Source of the DNA: a virus | Length of the DNA: 64,000 nt | Direction: 5' to 3' (one strand) | Virus record (IMG/VR): IMGVR_UViG_3300045988_102364 | Part shown: positions 18,980 to 29,976 of the stretch, piece after piece | Layout of the letters: each line of letters starts with the position of its first letter | How positions within the stretch are numbered: position 1 is the first letter of the stretch | Translations under genes and position numbers: made by a program | Notes under the pieces: model-generated | Told to the model about the DNA's origin: nothing | Database searches by the model: none | What the model saw: the letters and a program-made list of their open reading frames with translations, nothing else

Positions 18980-21900
18980 CTATTTGTAACTAACGTCATC
19001 GTCTCCTTCCGAATCAGGAGTAGCGCCGATGAAGAACATCATTGACTTGTTGTTTGTCTGCTGCCACCAATTATAGGCGCGCGCTACGTCTTCCGGCGTC
19101 TTGATATTATACCATTGTTTGATAAACGTCTGTTTGGCGAGTTGCCTAAATAGCTTAGACTCTCCTTTGTATGTACCGGATGTTACTTTATCAAGTGAAT
19201 AATTCCTAAGATCGGTAAGATCCTTCAGCTTCCTTCCCATAACAAACGGGTCGTTAATGATATCTACAACGTTAAGCTCCATAATAAACGGCATCTGTGA
19301 AGCTATTTCGTTTATGGTTCTGAATCCAACGTAAGATCCAAATTGAGTAAGCCAACTTTCTTCGTTTTCATCATCATCACGCCATCCGGCAAGAAGCATG
19401 GATACGGCTTGCATGATAAGGAACGTGCCGGCATAGACACTGAGGCGTTTGAGATTAGTTTTTTCTACCTCATTCATATTGTCTTTATTTTCGTTCCAGG
19501 CATCTATGATGTTTTTCATACCAGACTCGGAAGCCAGGCTAAATGTTTTGGCTATCATATTCTTTAACGTAATTGACAACCCTTCCTCTTCTTGCATTGT
19601 TTGGAAATTGAAGCCACGTCTTTTCCACAGACGTTGAGCCGCCAGCACCAACCATCCTCGGTGGGCGGTCATGAACCTGGCTATCCAGTTGCGCGATGCG
19701 GCAGTTCGGTTTTCTTCATTCAAAGATCCGTTACATATCTGCGACAAGCTACGGACTTGATTCCTGGTTATAGCCATCTGGGTTTCAACTTCCTCAACAG
19801 TAACACCCGATCCTGGCTTTACAACCACCTTCCCATCCACGACGTCTACCATACTCCATAAAGTACGATCTTTTAATGCATTCCATTCTCTTTTTATGGT
19901 ACTCTGTTCTTTATTGCGTTCTTTTTCCATCTTGAAATCTTGGAACGTGTAGAACCGACCTTTGTAATAACGAACATTGTCCATAGTAGCAATCATAACC
20001 TGCGGATCAAGAGGGTAGTTCAGGATTTCCATAAAAGCATACATAGGTGAACGCATTAAGGTCCTGGCCACTCTATTGTATCCGGCACCATACATACGAT
20101 TTCGGATATTGAATATCCCCATTCTCTCACCTATGACATATAATTTGCTTTTCCTATCTATGTCTCCGGTTTCTGCTATACAAGATGGAGCAAGGCGTGA
20201 AAATTCAGCCGATGCGTATTTAAGGGAATCTTTACTTATATACTGTCCTACGGCAGATTCCATGATGAGGTTGATATGACCTGTTAAGGCGCCGGTAGCT
20301 GCCACAAACGGGGACAGTGCCAAGTTCATGACCGACATAAATCTTTCAACAGCCATCATAATTCTTGTAAGGTCTACCGTATATCCTCCGATGTTCACCG
20401 TAAGTTTTTTGGTGTTCATCCTAATGCCATAATAATGATCGTTGAAGAAGTCCCTGAACATCTGATATGCTTGGGTTGCTTCAGCCTTTTTACCACCTTC
20501 AAATTGTTTATTCAGTAACATCTGCTCCAGTCCTTGAGCGAGCTCTATAGACTTCTGCTTTTCGTTGTATAACGATGACTGCATCATAAGCATCGAATAA
20601 GAGTAGCCAAAATCGTGAGATACATCATCCTGGTTCTCCAATTCATATATGTAGTATTTAGGTATAGACCTAAGTCTGTCTTCCGGATCATACACTTCTC
20701 CTTGCCTGGTCTTACCATATAGAGAATCGTCTACTCTGTCCAGGCACAGATCTGATACAAAATTACGAACCGTATTTTTGAAGTTAATACCCAATCCTTC
20801 TATACGTTCTATGTCTTGTTTTGATATCTGTGGAATAGCATACAGGTTCGGGCTCTGCTCTTTGTATAGATCAAGGGATTGTCTTTTTATTTCCTTGAGT
20901 TTTTGAATCATATTCCACTGCTCTACATTTTTAGTAGCAACCTCATTACCGTCAACATCATACTTGATGCCAAAGTCATTGAAATACGATTCATCACGAT
21001 ACAGGCTTTTCTTAGGCATTCGATGACCATACCCATGATCTTTTACATAATCAGGATTACGGCCGCTATTTTCGGCTTCAGATTCAGCCACCCATGCCCT
21101 TGCAGGATCGAAAGAAAGGTACGATATATCCATGCCATAATCTTGGGTGGATGTACCGTTTTGTACGTCCTTAACCATCTGCGCCACATCTATCTCACCT
21201 CGACCGATTTTGTCGATCATAGCCGCATATCCAGTAGGCGCCATGCGTTTATAGTACGAAAAGACCTGGCTCCTGGCAAATTCATTAACAATAGCATTGG
21301 CCTCTTCTATGCCCGCTTTTATGTCAGCTTCTATACCCTCTTCTCTTGTATTATTTAAAAACAAGCTGGCCATCTTAGCATTAACAGCATTCCTAAAATC
21401 TCTACCGTCTAATTCTTTGCTTATACCAAGCTTTTCTGACAGGTAGTTGGTTTCAGATACGGTAAACAGATATCGGTTATCAGCAGCCTTAAACAGCTTA
21501 TCCCTTAAAGCCTGAATCCTTTTTGCTTTCTTCGCCGTAGTATGACGTTGTACGAACTTCCATTCCACTTCCTTGGAGTCAGCAAGAGCATTTAAATAAG
21601 ACTGATTTACTTCGTTTTCAGCCTTATTGCTTTTAGTAAGGTACTTATCAATATCTTCAAGACCCACCATCTTAGCATAATCTATCAAAATAGCGTAATC
21701 GGCTTCAATAGCTTCAGATGCGGCCCTAAAAGCATCTCTTTCGGATGAGGTAAATGTTGCTTCGTTAATTTCTCCGATATCAGCCACATCGCGATTGTTT
21801 CCGATTATTTCCTTGATAATAGCCTTATTTTTTTCTATATCTTTCACAATAGAATCCACGTCAGTCGCATCTCTATCGCTTGTCGTAGAACTAATGATAT

Positions 21901-24900
21901 CATGCGCCATTTTGAGATACGAAGCCTTGTTATTTGATTCGGTGCGCGCTGACTGTTCCGATTCTATATCATTCCAAAACCGATCGTTGAATGACAGGTG
22001 ACCACCCAACATAAGCGTTCTCAATGCAGCTTCCCCTCCTGATTCGCTCTGAATCGCTCTCAATTTTTGCAAAAACGATTCTGATACGGCATTAGTAACA
22101 TTATTTGATTCCTTTCTCCAAACTTCATTTATAGCTTGTATTTCTTTGGCCATCTTAAGTTGGTCGCCGGTTTTTTCCACTCTCCTGGTTCCTACATATA
22201 TGTATTCTGAAGCTGCTTCTTTACGTTGTTTACGAAGCAGTCCTTCTTCTTCGTAATTGCTGCTTTTAAAATAGGCAACTTCATCAAAATTACCACCGCT
22301 ATCAATAAAAGGCTGCCTCAGTATCCGTTTTTGCCTGGATAGAGCATTAAGGTATTCTTTGGTTGTTTGAGAAACTGGATGCCCTAATTCTTCTTCAGCC
22401 TTTTTGTATATGGATTCCATTCTTGTGGCATAACTTTCACTAAATTCCAGTTCCGAATTTTCAGCATCCCACTTTTCCATCTGTTCCGTATAGATCTTTT
22501 CCTGCTCGATGGTAAAAATATCGGTATTAACCCTATCAGACGATGGTTTGAATTTAGCGTTTTCAGTAACCGTATTTCCATCCTTGTCAACTACTTCTCT
22601 TTTAAATACGTAATTACGGTTATTGTCAACCACATCACCAATTTCTTCTTCTGATATCTCTATGTTCATGGCAGTCGCAAACGCTCGCATCTGCGCCAGC
22701 TTCTTATTACGATCGTATTTAGCCATATCAAGAGCACTACGAAGGTAATTAGAAGTTTTTCCGTCTACTTTCTGAAGCAGTTTTTCAAATTCAGATTTGT
22801 TAAAACCATGCTTTTTCGCATATGCCAGGAAATCGGATATGGCGGGCTGGGCATTCACCATCGCATTGTAATTGTCTTTGGCAATCATAGCTCCAAGAGC
22901 GTTATTGAACGGACTGGAAGAATGCTCTAATATACCAAACCACCTACTTATCCAAGAAACATCGTGTTGAACCTTGTCGAAAAATTCTTTTACTCTCTTT
23001 ACCTTATCTGCCGGCACATGAAGTTCGTTCATTAACTTATCAAGCAACGTACTTTCATCAAGGTCTTGTACTGATTTAATATCAGACTGAATACCATTGA
23101 TGTCGGCAATGACGGTGTTGATCCTATTTGTATAATCCTGCTTTTCACGTTCATCAAATTCGGTACTTCTGTTACGGATATATCCTCGAAGATCGTTCAT
23201 GATCGGAAGAACCTGATTGTTGATAATATCTACGTTCTTTCGATCATTGGTATTGAAGTGAAGCTTGCCGTCTTTGGTATCACCATGAAGGATGGTGTTC
23301 ACCACATTGCTTAAGTATCTGACCTGAGCTTCGGCTGTGGAGATCATGCTGTTCATGGCAGCCGCCATCTCATTCTTGTCTATTTCGGTCTCTACCTTAT
23401 TTATCTTATCTTCTATGGTCTTAAGCTGCGCAAGGGTCATAGACGTAGTTACAGCCCTATCAGAGCTTATCTGACGTAAGTCTCTTAATGTTTTTCTTAG
23501 TGATCTGATCTTAGACTCAAGAAACTTGTTCTTGTTCATAGAAGAAAGGGAGTATAATGTAAAGTCATTATCCTTTAACAGAGAGGTGTCAAATCCTTTA
23601 TCTATGTCAGTAATGGCAAGATCACGAATGTTTTTAATAACGTTATTCAAATCTTGTCTTTGGGTTGATAAAGCTGATTTAAGCCAGCTTACGATTCCAG
23701 AGAAAAGCTGCCGGACGCGCCCCAGGAAGGAGGTGGGCTCTACCGGCGCCTGTGCTGTGCCGGCCTGCATCTCCCTGGCGAGGATCTTTCCAAGAATTTC
23801 TCTCCTAACAGCATTATCAAGCTCAGCTCCTTCATACGCTTTACCGTATGTATTATAATACTGACCTGCATACTGGTTCCACTCTTCCGTACCTTCTACA
23901 TCTTGCAGAACAGCCTCAACAGCATTCTGATCTCTGTATGCCTCTACAAGAAAGTGGGCTGTTTCTTCTACTAAATCAGATAAAGTAGCATCTTCACCAA
24001 CTGCTATTACATTATTGGCAATATCCGCCAATGCCTTAGCAGAAGGTTCGTGCCCGTATTTGGTTTGGTACTTCTCTATATAATCGGTCATACCTATGAC
24101 ACTAACGCCAAGAGTTTTCAGTATCTCGACAATAGAATTTCGTTGATCACGTTCCTGCCTGCTATAATCTGATACGATCTTAGCTTTAGTATCAGCATAA
24201 AGATCGTTGTCTTCTAATATGAATGAAACTACAAGCGCATCAAAATGATCGTACTTGGCGTCCAATTCATTGTATCTTCCTGACTTAAGATCGTTCTTTA
24301 TCTGCTCTTTGCTAACCCTTTCCGTTCCTCCGGTGGCGAGCCTCATAGTTACATTACTATTATCCAACGAGCTTATGGTTATCATACCTTGGTCGTTCAT
24401 GGAAACATCGGAACCAAAATGATTACGGAGCTCGGTGTATGATAAGGCTGAATTGAAAAGTCTAATTTGTCCTGTATGACCTTCTCCTGTAAGATAATAG
24501 CTTCTTGTTTCCGGATCGAATATCTTAGATCCTGACAAAAGACCTTTCTTTATAAGGTAGTTAATTATACCACCTTTTGTTGATAAAGAAGTAGAAGCAG
24601 AAGCGGTCATGACCGGTATAAAAGATTTGGGATTATTAAGAACATACTTTCCAGCCTTGTAAGTAATGTCTGCCACGCCATCCACGGTAGATTCTTGAAC
24701 GGTGCCTGATAAGAATCCTATTCTAATATCATTTCCGCCAGAGCGAAGAGCTTCTCCGTAATCTTCAAATAATTGACTACGATCGTTCATGAAAAACAAA
24801 CGAGGCTCTCCGGTCTGATACGTTACACCCACAGGATTAGAATCTGTCTGTGGTAGCTCTTCTGGGCTAAATATCTTAAGACCGTCTTTTATAACCATAT

Positions 24901-25426
24901 AATTAACACCCTTATCCTGTACCATAGATACGGGAGTGAAGTCCGAAGATATAGCATCTTGTAGATACTGGCCGGCGTCTATTCCTGGTCCTTCCGGTAT
25001 GGAAATACCTGACGGAACCATAGCATCCACCAACATAATATTATCACCCAGATCCTGGCTATAGAATCCAAAGCCTGATTCTTGAATCCCATAAGGTGCA
25101 TCTGATTTCGACACAAGAATAGGGTTGCTCATCTTAGAAGCCTTATCCAGCACCCTTTCTCTATAGGCTTCCGGAATAAGGTCGATATTGGATTTTACCT
25201 TATTGTAAGCCTGTTTGTTGATAGGCACATTCCTTCTCCAGTCACCAAAAGCCTTTAAGAACTTATTAGAAAATACGGTTTTAAAAACAGTAGTAGCCCG
25301 TTCCCTATTTTCCATAAGAGGAATAGATGCTATCTTATCGAATAACATAGACCTGTCCCCTGATCTGGTAGAGACAGAAACAACTTTCTTTTTATTATCT
25401 CTTTTAATAATACACGTTGATGTCAT
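18980..25426 (-). CDS. giant virion/tail-associated protein (2148 aa)
   Basis: Single uninterrupted ORF ending with TAG; mixed alpha/coiled-coil composition; no recognisable catalytic motif. Confidence 0.5.
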   Translation of the reverse strand: MTSTCIIKRDNKKKVVSVSTRSGDRSMLFDKIASIPLMENRERATTVFKTVFSNKFLKAFGDWRRNVPINKQAYNKVKSNIDLIPEAYRERVLDKASKMSNPILVSKSDAPYGIQESGFGFYSQDLGDNIMLVDAMVPSGISIPEGPGIDAGQYLQDAISSDFTPVSMVQDKGVNYMVIKDGLKIFSPEELPQTDSNPVGVTYQTGEPRLFFMNDRSQLFEDYGEALRSGGNDIRIGFLSGTVQESTVDGVADITYKAGKYVLNNPKSFIPVMTASASTSLSTKGGIINYLIKKGLLSGSKIFDPETRSYYLTGEGHTGQIRLFNSALSYTELRNHFGSDVSMNDQGMITISSLDNSNVTMRLATGGTERVSKEQIKNDLKSGRYNELDAKYDHFDALVVSFILEDNDLYADTKAKIVSDYSRQERDQRNSIVEILKTLGVSVIGMTDYIEKYQTKYGHEPSAKALADIANNVIAVGEDATLSDLVEETAHFLVEAYRDQNAVEAVLQDVEGTEEWNQYAGQYYNTYGKAYEGAELDNAVRREILGKILAREMQAGTAQAPVEPTSFLGRVRQLFSGIVSWLKSALSTQRQDLNNVIKNIRDLAITDIDKGFDTSLLKDNDFTLYSLSSMNKNKFLESKIRSLRKTLRDLRQISSDRAVTTSMTLAQLKTIEDKINKVETEIDKNEMAAAMNSMISTAEAQVRYLSNVVNTILHGDTKDGKLHFNTNDRKNVDIINNQVLPIMNDLRGYIRNRSTEFDEREKQDYTNRINTVIADINGIQSDIKSVQDLDESTLLDKLMNELHVPADKVKRVKEFFDKVQHDVSWISRWFGILEHSSSPFNNALGAMIAKDNYNAMVNAQPAISDFLAYAKKHGFNKSEFEKLLQKVDGKTSNYLRSALDMAKYDRNKKLAQMRAFATAMNIEISEEEIGDVVDNNRNYVFKREVVDKDGNTVTENAKFKPSSDRVNTDIFTIEQEKIYTEQMEKWDAENSELEFSESYATRMESIYKKAEEELGHPVSQTTKEYLNALSRQKRILRQPFIDSGGNFDEVAYFKSSNYEEEGLLRKQRKEAASEYIYVGTRRVEKTGDQLKMAKEIQAINEVWRKESNNVTNAVSESFLQKLRAIQSESGGEAALRTLMLGGHLSFNDRFWNDIESEQSARTESNNKASYLKMAHDIISSTTSDRDATDVDSIVKDIEKNKAIIKEIIGNNRDVADIGEINEATFTSSERDAFRAASEAIEADYAILIDYAKMVGLEDIDKYLTKSNKAENEVNQSYLNALADSKEVEWKFVQRHTTAKKAKRIQALRDKLFKAADNRYLFTVSETNYLSEKLGISKELDGRDFRNAVNAKMASLFLNNTREEGIEADIKAGIEEANAIVNEFARSQVFSYYKRMAPTGYAAMIDKIGRGEIDVAQMVKDVQNGTSTQDYGMDISYLSFDPARAWVAESEAENSGRNPDYVKDHGYGHRMPKKSLYRDESYFNDFGIKYDVDGNEVATKNVEQWNMIQKLKEIKRQSLDLYKEQSPNLYAIPQISKQDIERIEGLGINFKNTVRNFVSDLCLDRVDDSLYGKTRQGEVYDPEDRLRSIPKYYIYELENQDDVSHDFGYSYSMLMMQSSLYNEKQKSIELAQGLEQMLLNKQFEGGKKAEATQAYQMFRDFFNDHYYGIRMNTKKLTVNIGGYTVDLTRIMMAVERFMSVMNLALSPFVAATGALTGHINLIMESAVGQYISKDSLKYASAEFSRLAPSCIAETGDIDRKSKLYVIGERMGIFNIRNRMYGAGYNRVARTLMRSPMYAFMEILNYPLDPQVMIATMDNVRYYKGRFYTFQDFKMEKERNKEQSTIKREWNALKDRTLWSMVDVVDGKVVVKPGSGVTVEEVETQMAITRNQVRSLSQICNGSLNEENRTAASRNWIARFMTAHRGWLVLAAQRLWKRRGFNFQTMQEEEGLSITLKNMIAKTFSLASESGMKNIIDAWNENKDNMNEVEKTNLKRLSVYAGTFLIMQAVSMLLAGWRDDDENEESWLTQFGSYVGFRTINEIASQMPFIMELNVVDIINDPFVMGRKLKDLTDLRNYSLDKVTSGTYKGESKLFRQLAKQTFIKQWYNIKTPEDVARAYNWWQQTNNKSMMFFIGATPDSEGDDDVSYK

Positions 25427-25478
25427 AGTAAAACATTTTTGTTATGAGACAAAGGTAATTAAAAATCAGGCACATGAT

Positions 25479-25514
25479 AAAAACAAAGCCGTCTAACTTC
25501 CCAGTCTGACGGCT
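25479..25514 (-). terminator. intrinsic terminator downstream of gene 25567-25959
   Basis: 7-bp stem AGCCGTC/GACGGCT with 14-nt loop, followed on the minus strand by UUUGUUUUU. Confidence 0.5.
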
Positions 25515-25566
25515 TAATATAAATATGAAAAAAAATTATAATCTGACGCAAATCGTCAAGTTACGC

Positions 25567-25959
25567 TTATGCATTGTATTTGTACCCATTTCTATGAATA
25601 AACCTTCCTGATTCGAACCTTTCCACATCATCCGGTCCAATAGGTCCGCAGTCTTCCCTCCTTGCCTCATACCACAGCCCAGGCTTACGGAGCCGGCAGG
25701 TTATGACGTATTTAAAGCAGTTGTGAGTAAAATGGAATACGGAGCCTACTGGGAAATACCTGGTAGTTTGAAACACTATTCTTTTTCGTTTAGTATCAAA
25801 CACTATATCTCCTACTACCTTAGTTACGTAATAGCTTCTGCCATTTAACGTTTCATCTGTTTGTGGTATCCAATAATAACCTCTTGCCATGCCACAAATA
25901 TATAAAAAAAGTCGGACAAGATACATGTCCGACTTTATATTACTTTGATTCGTTTTCAA
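25567..25959 (-). CDS. hypothetical protein
   Basis: 130-aa ORF. Confidence 0.3.
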   Translation of the reverse strand: MKTNQSNIKSDMYLVRLFLYICGMARGYYWIPQTDETLNGRSYYVTKVVGDIVFDTKRKRIVFQTTRYFPVGSVFHFTHNCFKYVITCRLRKPGLWYEARREDCGPIGPDDVERFESGRFIHRNGYKYNA

Positions 25960-26099
25960 ACCGCTTTATAAGAGAAGCAATATCATCACCACAAACAAAC
26001 ATCATTCGACGTTCTTCTTTTGGTTTATGAGACACTGGGATGGTTTTGTTTATCTTAATCTGATTCGCCAGACCTCTGCCTAAACGAATATCAACTTTT

Positions 26100-26417
26100 T
26101 TACCTTTCATGAATTATTTGTTTAAAAAGACCAATTCCATCTATTATAATATGACCACTTTGCATACGACCATTATTAGGATTGTGTAGAAAATTGAAAC
26201 CACTTTCTTTTTCCTGTCTTTCAAAAGAACTGATATCCTTTCCTCTACGGGCTCTTTCAAAAGCTTTCTTGAACAACTTGCCTCTAAAGGTCTTGACGAG
26301 GATCTTGGTAGCGTTATTGCCGGCTTTTACCATTGCTTTCCTTGCCTGGTCCTCCGAGACAAAACTGCTTCGGAAAATATACGATGCTGCTGTTTGTATG
26401 TCCTGCTTGGTAATCAT
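26100..26417 (-). CDS. hypothetical protein
   Basis: 105-aa ORF. Confidence 0.3.
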   Translation of the reverse strand: MITKQDIQTAASYIFRSSFVSEDQARKAMVKAGNNATKILVKTFRGKLFKKAFERARRGKDISSFERQEKESGFNFLHNPNNGRMQSGHIIIDGIGLFKQIIHER

Positions 26418-26764
26418 ATGATAAACATTTCTTTCAGAATACTGATCTTTATTCCGTATATCAATTTCATCTCATCTCTATCATATACGTCAAAAAAGGA
26501 TTCACTGGGGTCCTTTGGATTTACGTTCAATTGAATTATGCAATTACCAGTATAAACCTTAAGCCTATAATTATCGGAGTATATATCCTGCATGGTTTCA
26601 AATGTCTCAATTAAATTTTCAACAAGTGCTCTGTTAAATGAAAAAGATTCTTTACCATCACCTTTAAATGTGATATGATCTAAATCCCTGTTGTCAAATT
26701 CATACTTTAATTGATTGCCGTCCATCATATCATAAAATATTGACTTTCTGATTATAAATCCCAT
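26414..26764 (-). CDS. hypothetical protein
   Basis: 116-aa ORF, coupled to neighbour. Confidence 0.3.
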   Translation of the reverse strand: MGFIIRKSIFYDMMDGNQLKYEFDNRDLDHITFKGDGKESFSFNRALVENLIETFETMQDIYSDNYRLKVYTGNCIIQLNVNPKDPSESFFDVYDRDEMKLIYGIKISILKEMFII

Positions 26765-26781
26765 ATTGTTTTATTTTTTAG

Positions 26782-27087
26782 TTAATACAAATCTTCTGAA
26801 TACAATTGTTCTCTAATAGCACTCCTATCTACTACCATTTCCTGATTATTGTTTCTAACAAGTTCAGATGCTTCTTCTCTTGTTAAAAACCGATTCTTGC
26901 TTGTCAAAAATCCTTGAACACTGCGGTTTTTATGAGCTATTCCGTATGCCGCAAGTTGCGATATTATGGAACAGTGTCTCAATCCACAAAATACGGTTCC
27001 AGATGGTATATTTACTGGACCGTGAGGCTTGTTCTTGTGATCTTGAACCCATATAGCTGCACATACAACAATTTCCTTATCACACAT
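26782..27087 (-). CDS. hypothetical Cys-containing protein
   Basis: 101-aa ORF. Confidence 0.3.
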   Translation of the reverse strand: MCDKEIVVCAAIWVQDHKNKPHGPVNIPSGTVFCGLRHCSIISQLAAYGIAHKNRSVQGFLTSKNRFLTREEASELVRNNNQEMVVDRSAIREQLYSEDLY

Positions 27088-27090
27088 AAA

Positions 27091-27381
27091 TCAATAATTT
27101 AAAATACCGTTTTTACCAATATGCTTCTTTTCTTCTTCAGTAGGCCATTCTTTCTTGAACTTACCGTGCCACGTTCCAGGAACTACCACCACTTCGCCTC
27201 CCCTACTATATTCAATAGCGGCACATTCAGAACAAAGAGGCTTGCCTTCATATCCCTTTAGCGACTTATCGTAAATACGATTCTTACAAGGTCTCATAAG
27301 AGCCCAGTAATATGATGTGGCTGTATTATCTATACAGCCACATTTTGAACACACAAACAAACTCATTTCGTAATCTCCCAA
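27091..27381 (-). CDS. small zinc-ribbon protein
   Basis: CSKCGC...CKNR...CSEC four-Cys pattern. Confidence 0.35.
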   Translation of the reverse strand: MGDYEMSLFVCSKCGCIDNTATSYYWALMRPCKNRIYDKSLKGYEGKPLCSECAAIEYSRGGEVVVVPGTWHGKFKKEWPTEEEKKHIGKNGILNY

Positions 27382-28109
27382 TCATTTGACGATATATCTT
27401 CTATACTTGGGTTCCACGATGTCAGCCTCCGTGTTTCTTCATTTATAATTATGATCAATGACTTTTCCACATGAATTGAGCTAACACCACTTCTTCTAAA
27501 AGCATCAAGATGTTCATTTTTCCATCCACGTCTTTTGATCATATTACTATCTTTCAGAAATTTAAAAGCTTCTTCAAATGTTAAACCTGACTTCTTTTGA
27601 TTAAGATACTGTTCAAGTCTGTCGGCGGCTTCATTTGGTGTATGACCATCATATTCGAAAGAGGTTTCTCTCTCTGGAACATCAAACAAATCCCAGTACT
27701 TGCTTTCATAGTGATTAGACACCTGACCAGTGGGTAACATTGCCATCACAATAAACCAATCATCAGAACCGAAGCATTTTTCTCCGTCGCTGTGCCTTCT
27801 TGATTTGCAAACTTCAACCTGTCCGTTTCTGGCTAATAGATTAAAGAAGGCGGCGTTGTACAACATACGGTACCGATACAATTCATTGAAAGTATGGTAT
27901 CCGTCAGAAACTTCTCCCATGTCTACAGGCTTCTTGTTTTGAATACTACCCAAAATATTCTCTACATAGAGCTGTATTTTATACAGACCCATTTCGGTGT
28001 GGCCGTATTTGTTCAAGATCTTATTGACATCGTATTGTATATTAAAATCTTTTTCAAATTCTACTTCAGGATGATTCGGATAGCAGTAGTCCACTGATGC
28101 TTCTAACAC
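27363..28109 (-). CDS. protein with C-terminal DUF2829-like domain
   Basis: C-terminus TFEEAFKFLKDSNMIKRRGWKN...SWNPSIEDISSNDWEI matches the phage DUF2829 pattern (KxxRxxW ... PWxPSQxDxLAEDWEIV). Confidence 0.5.
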   Translation of the reverse strand: MLEASVDYCYPNHPEVEFEKDFNIQYDVNKILNKYGHTEMGLYKIQLYVENILGSIQNKKPVDMGEVSDGYHTFNELYRYRMLYNAAFFNLLARNGQVEVCKSRRHSDGEKCFGSDDWFIVMAMLPTGQVSNHYESKYWDLFDVPERETSFEYDGHTPNEAADRLEQYLNQKKSGLTFEEAFKFLKDSNMIKRRGWKNEHLDAFRRSGVSSIHVEKSLIIIINEETRRLTSWNPSIEDISSNDWEITK

Positions 28110-28279
28110 TGACTTTACGTGTTCTATTATCCTCGCAACATCATCATTTTAAAAAAAATGCTTAAATCTTTCAACGAATTTAATATCTTCGTTGATTGCT
28201 GATTCGAACTCTTCTTTTGTCATCACTCTAACTACATCTTTAAAATCTTTTAATTCCATGATTTGTTTTAAATTAGTTG

Positions 28280-28912
28280 TTATACTTTCTTTATCCTACA
28301 ATACAAACCCCATAAGAACTCGGCAGAAAAACCATTCCATGCATTATTCTGCCAAATATCTACTTTGTTAATAAACCAAGACCATGTAGGACCATCATAT
28401 GAAGAATCAGATGATGATCCCAATCCGATTTTCTCCATTTCATTCGCCACATCAGAATAAGGATCTAAAATGACTCCCCTAATCATGTTAATAATATCAT
28501 CCTTGTCTAACGTGAATTGAAACCGCTCCTTGTTAGTAGGCGGATCTTGATTCAATTTACCAGTCGCAAGCCATTCTCCATCATGATACAATTCGGCAAG
28601 TTTCTTTACCTTATTTTTAAGAAAAGAATACTCTTGTATGACTTCCATAAAATTAGCTTCGTTAGCTTTACCTTCTATGAAGATAACGGTTTTGCTTCCA
28701 AGTCTATGATCGTCTAAGCTTGCCGGGATTCCCAATATCGTCCATCCTTTAAACTCAGCTATCTTAAAACGCATGACATCAAACACCTTATAGAAATCAT
28801 CACAATCTACAGATTCTATTACCTTAATATCCTCTTCTGTGAATTTACCTCGTATTGGAATAACGTGATGACCGGGGCAGCCATCGGTTCCGAAATATGC
28901 GATTCTAACCAT
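28280..28912 (-). CDS. hypothetical protein
   Basis: 210-aa ORF. Confidence 0.3.
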   Translation of the reverse strand: MVRIAYFGTDGCPGHHVIPIRGKFTEEDIKVIESVDCDDFYKVFDVMRFKIAEFKGWTILGIPASLDDHRLGSKTVIFIEGKANEANFMEVIQEYSFLKNKVKKLAELYHDGEWLATGKLNQDPPTNKERFQFTLDKDDIINMIRGVILDPYSDVANEMEKIGLGSSSDSSYDGPTWSWFINKVDIWQNNAWNGFSAEFLWGLYCRIKKV

Positions 28913-28913
28913 A

Positions 28914-29144
28914 TTATATATAATATTTTAGTTGTTCTGAAATCCTATATTTACTTATATCATCGCACAAGTTACACCCTCCCGCACATCCACAAACCGA
29001 ACAATACGAATCTCTTTCTGCCTTCGATTTAGATTGGAAATCTCTTGCAGCTTTAATCCAGGTAGGAGAAATAATATTACCGGAAAATATAGGTACATTT
29101 AAGATTAATATTTTCATTATTTTGGCAAAATATTCATATAACAC
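28914..29144 (-). CDS. small protein with C-terminal Cys cluster
   Basis: CSVCGCAGGCNLC. Confidence 0.3.
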   Translation of the reverse strand: MLYEYFAKIMKILILNVPIFSGNIISPTWIKAARDFQSKSKAERDSYCSVCGCAGGCNLCDDISKYRISEQLKYYI

Positions 29145-29332
29145 GGCACATCTACTACGTCTCTTCTACGGATGCGCTTCTCAAAATAAGAAACCATATA
29201 GGTATTTTTACCTTCGTGATCAGGTCTGGGATCAAAGCATTCAAAAACGAATCTTGTTCTACCTTCAAGATGACCAAACATGAAAACAAATTCGCCACCG
29301 TATCTTTTATTAGCCAATTCTTCTACAGTCAT
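29117..29332 (-). CDS. hypothetical protein
   Basis: 71-aa ORF. Confidence 0.3.
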   Translation of the reverse strand: MTVEELANKRYGGEFVFMFGHLEGRTRFVFECFDPRPDHEGKNTYMVSYFEKRIRRRDVVDVPCYMNILPK

Positions 29333-29556
29333 AATCGGTCCCCTCCTAATCCTGAATTGATGCTAACGTACTTAACACGGACATCATTTCCACGTCCAAG
29401 CTGTCCCCAGCCGGGCGATGGCGTTCCCTTGGCCGGAGCAGGGACAGCCCTAAGCCGAGACCAGTCCTGCTTTTGCCTCATGGCTTCAGCCTCTTTGTAA
29501 TACCGGTTACACAGTTCTTGATCTTCGTAACCAACGTAATCTTCCTTATTTTCCAT
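29329..29556 (-). CDS. hypothetical protein
   Basis: 75-aa ORF with a GC3-rich codon patch. Confidence 0.3.
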   Translation of the reverse strand: MENKEDYVGYEDQELCNRYYKEAEAMRQKQDWSRLRAVPAPAKGTPSPGWGQLGRGNDVRVKYVSINSGLGGDRL

Positions 29557-29624
29557 ATAGAATAGTTTTTCAACAAAAGTACGACATTCATGAATTAATT
29601 AGATTTAAAATAAAACAATATGAA

Positions 29625-29661
29625 TTAAAATAAAAACCCGATACGTTAAAATCGCATCGGG
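29625..29661 (-). terminator. intrinsic terminator downstream of gene 29684-29866
   Basis: 9-bp stem CCCGATACG/CGCATCGGG (one mismatch) followed on the minus strand by UUUUUAUUUUAA. Confidence 0.45.
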
Positions 29662-29683
29662 CCTGGTATTGAAAAAAATAGGT

Positions 29684-29866
29684 TCAGATCTTGGGTAAAG
29701 ACTCGAGCCAATTTTTAACATCTTTATATTTAGGGTCTTTGTCTATTCTATCTTTCAGTTCATGCAATGCTGAGTCCATAACCATATTCGGTACGCCAAT
29801 CAACTCTCCTATTAAATACAATGGGGTTTTATTTGATTTAGATTCGTGTGCCATATTCATATCCAA
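29684..29866 (-). CDS. hypothetical small protein
   Basis: 60-aa ORF. Confidence 0.25.
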   Translation of the reverse strand: MDMNMAHESKSNKTPLYLIGELIGVPNMVMDSALHELKDRIDKDPKYKDVKNWLESLPKI

Positions 29867-29951
29867 AAAAAAGTTATGTGAAACAAACCGGCCACGGGTA
29901 TTCTATTGCCCGCCGACCGGTATAACATTTTTTTTATTCCTTTTTTTCCAA

Positions 29952-29976
29952 ACGGGAAAAACGGGAATGCGGGAAT
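29952..29976. promoter_or_regulatory. three direct repeats of ACGGGAA(T) spaced 8-9 nt, next to an imperfect GC-rich hairpin (29887-29921) and T-runs
   Basis: Seen directly in the intergenic region between the minus-strand genes at 30028 and 29866. Confidence 0.3.

Noticed and set aside
19343-24000. Multiple plus-strand ORFs (60-160 aa) antisense to the 2148-aa gene, and likewise within the other giant genes (for example 37259-37654, 44205-44477, 46387-46950, 57268-60866 series)
   Set aside because: Hydrophobic or low-complexity translations with no start context, entirely nested antisense to long coherent ORFs; typical shadow ORFs
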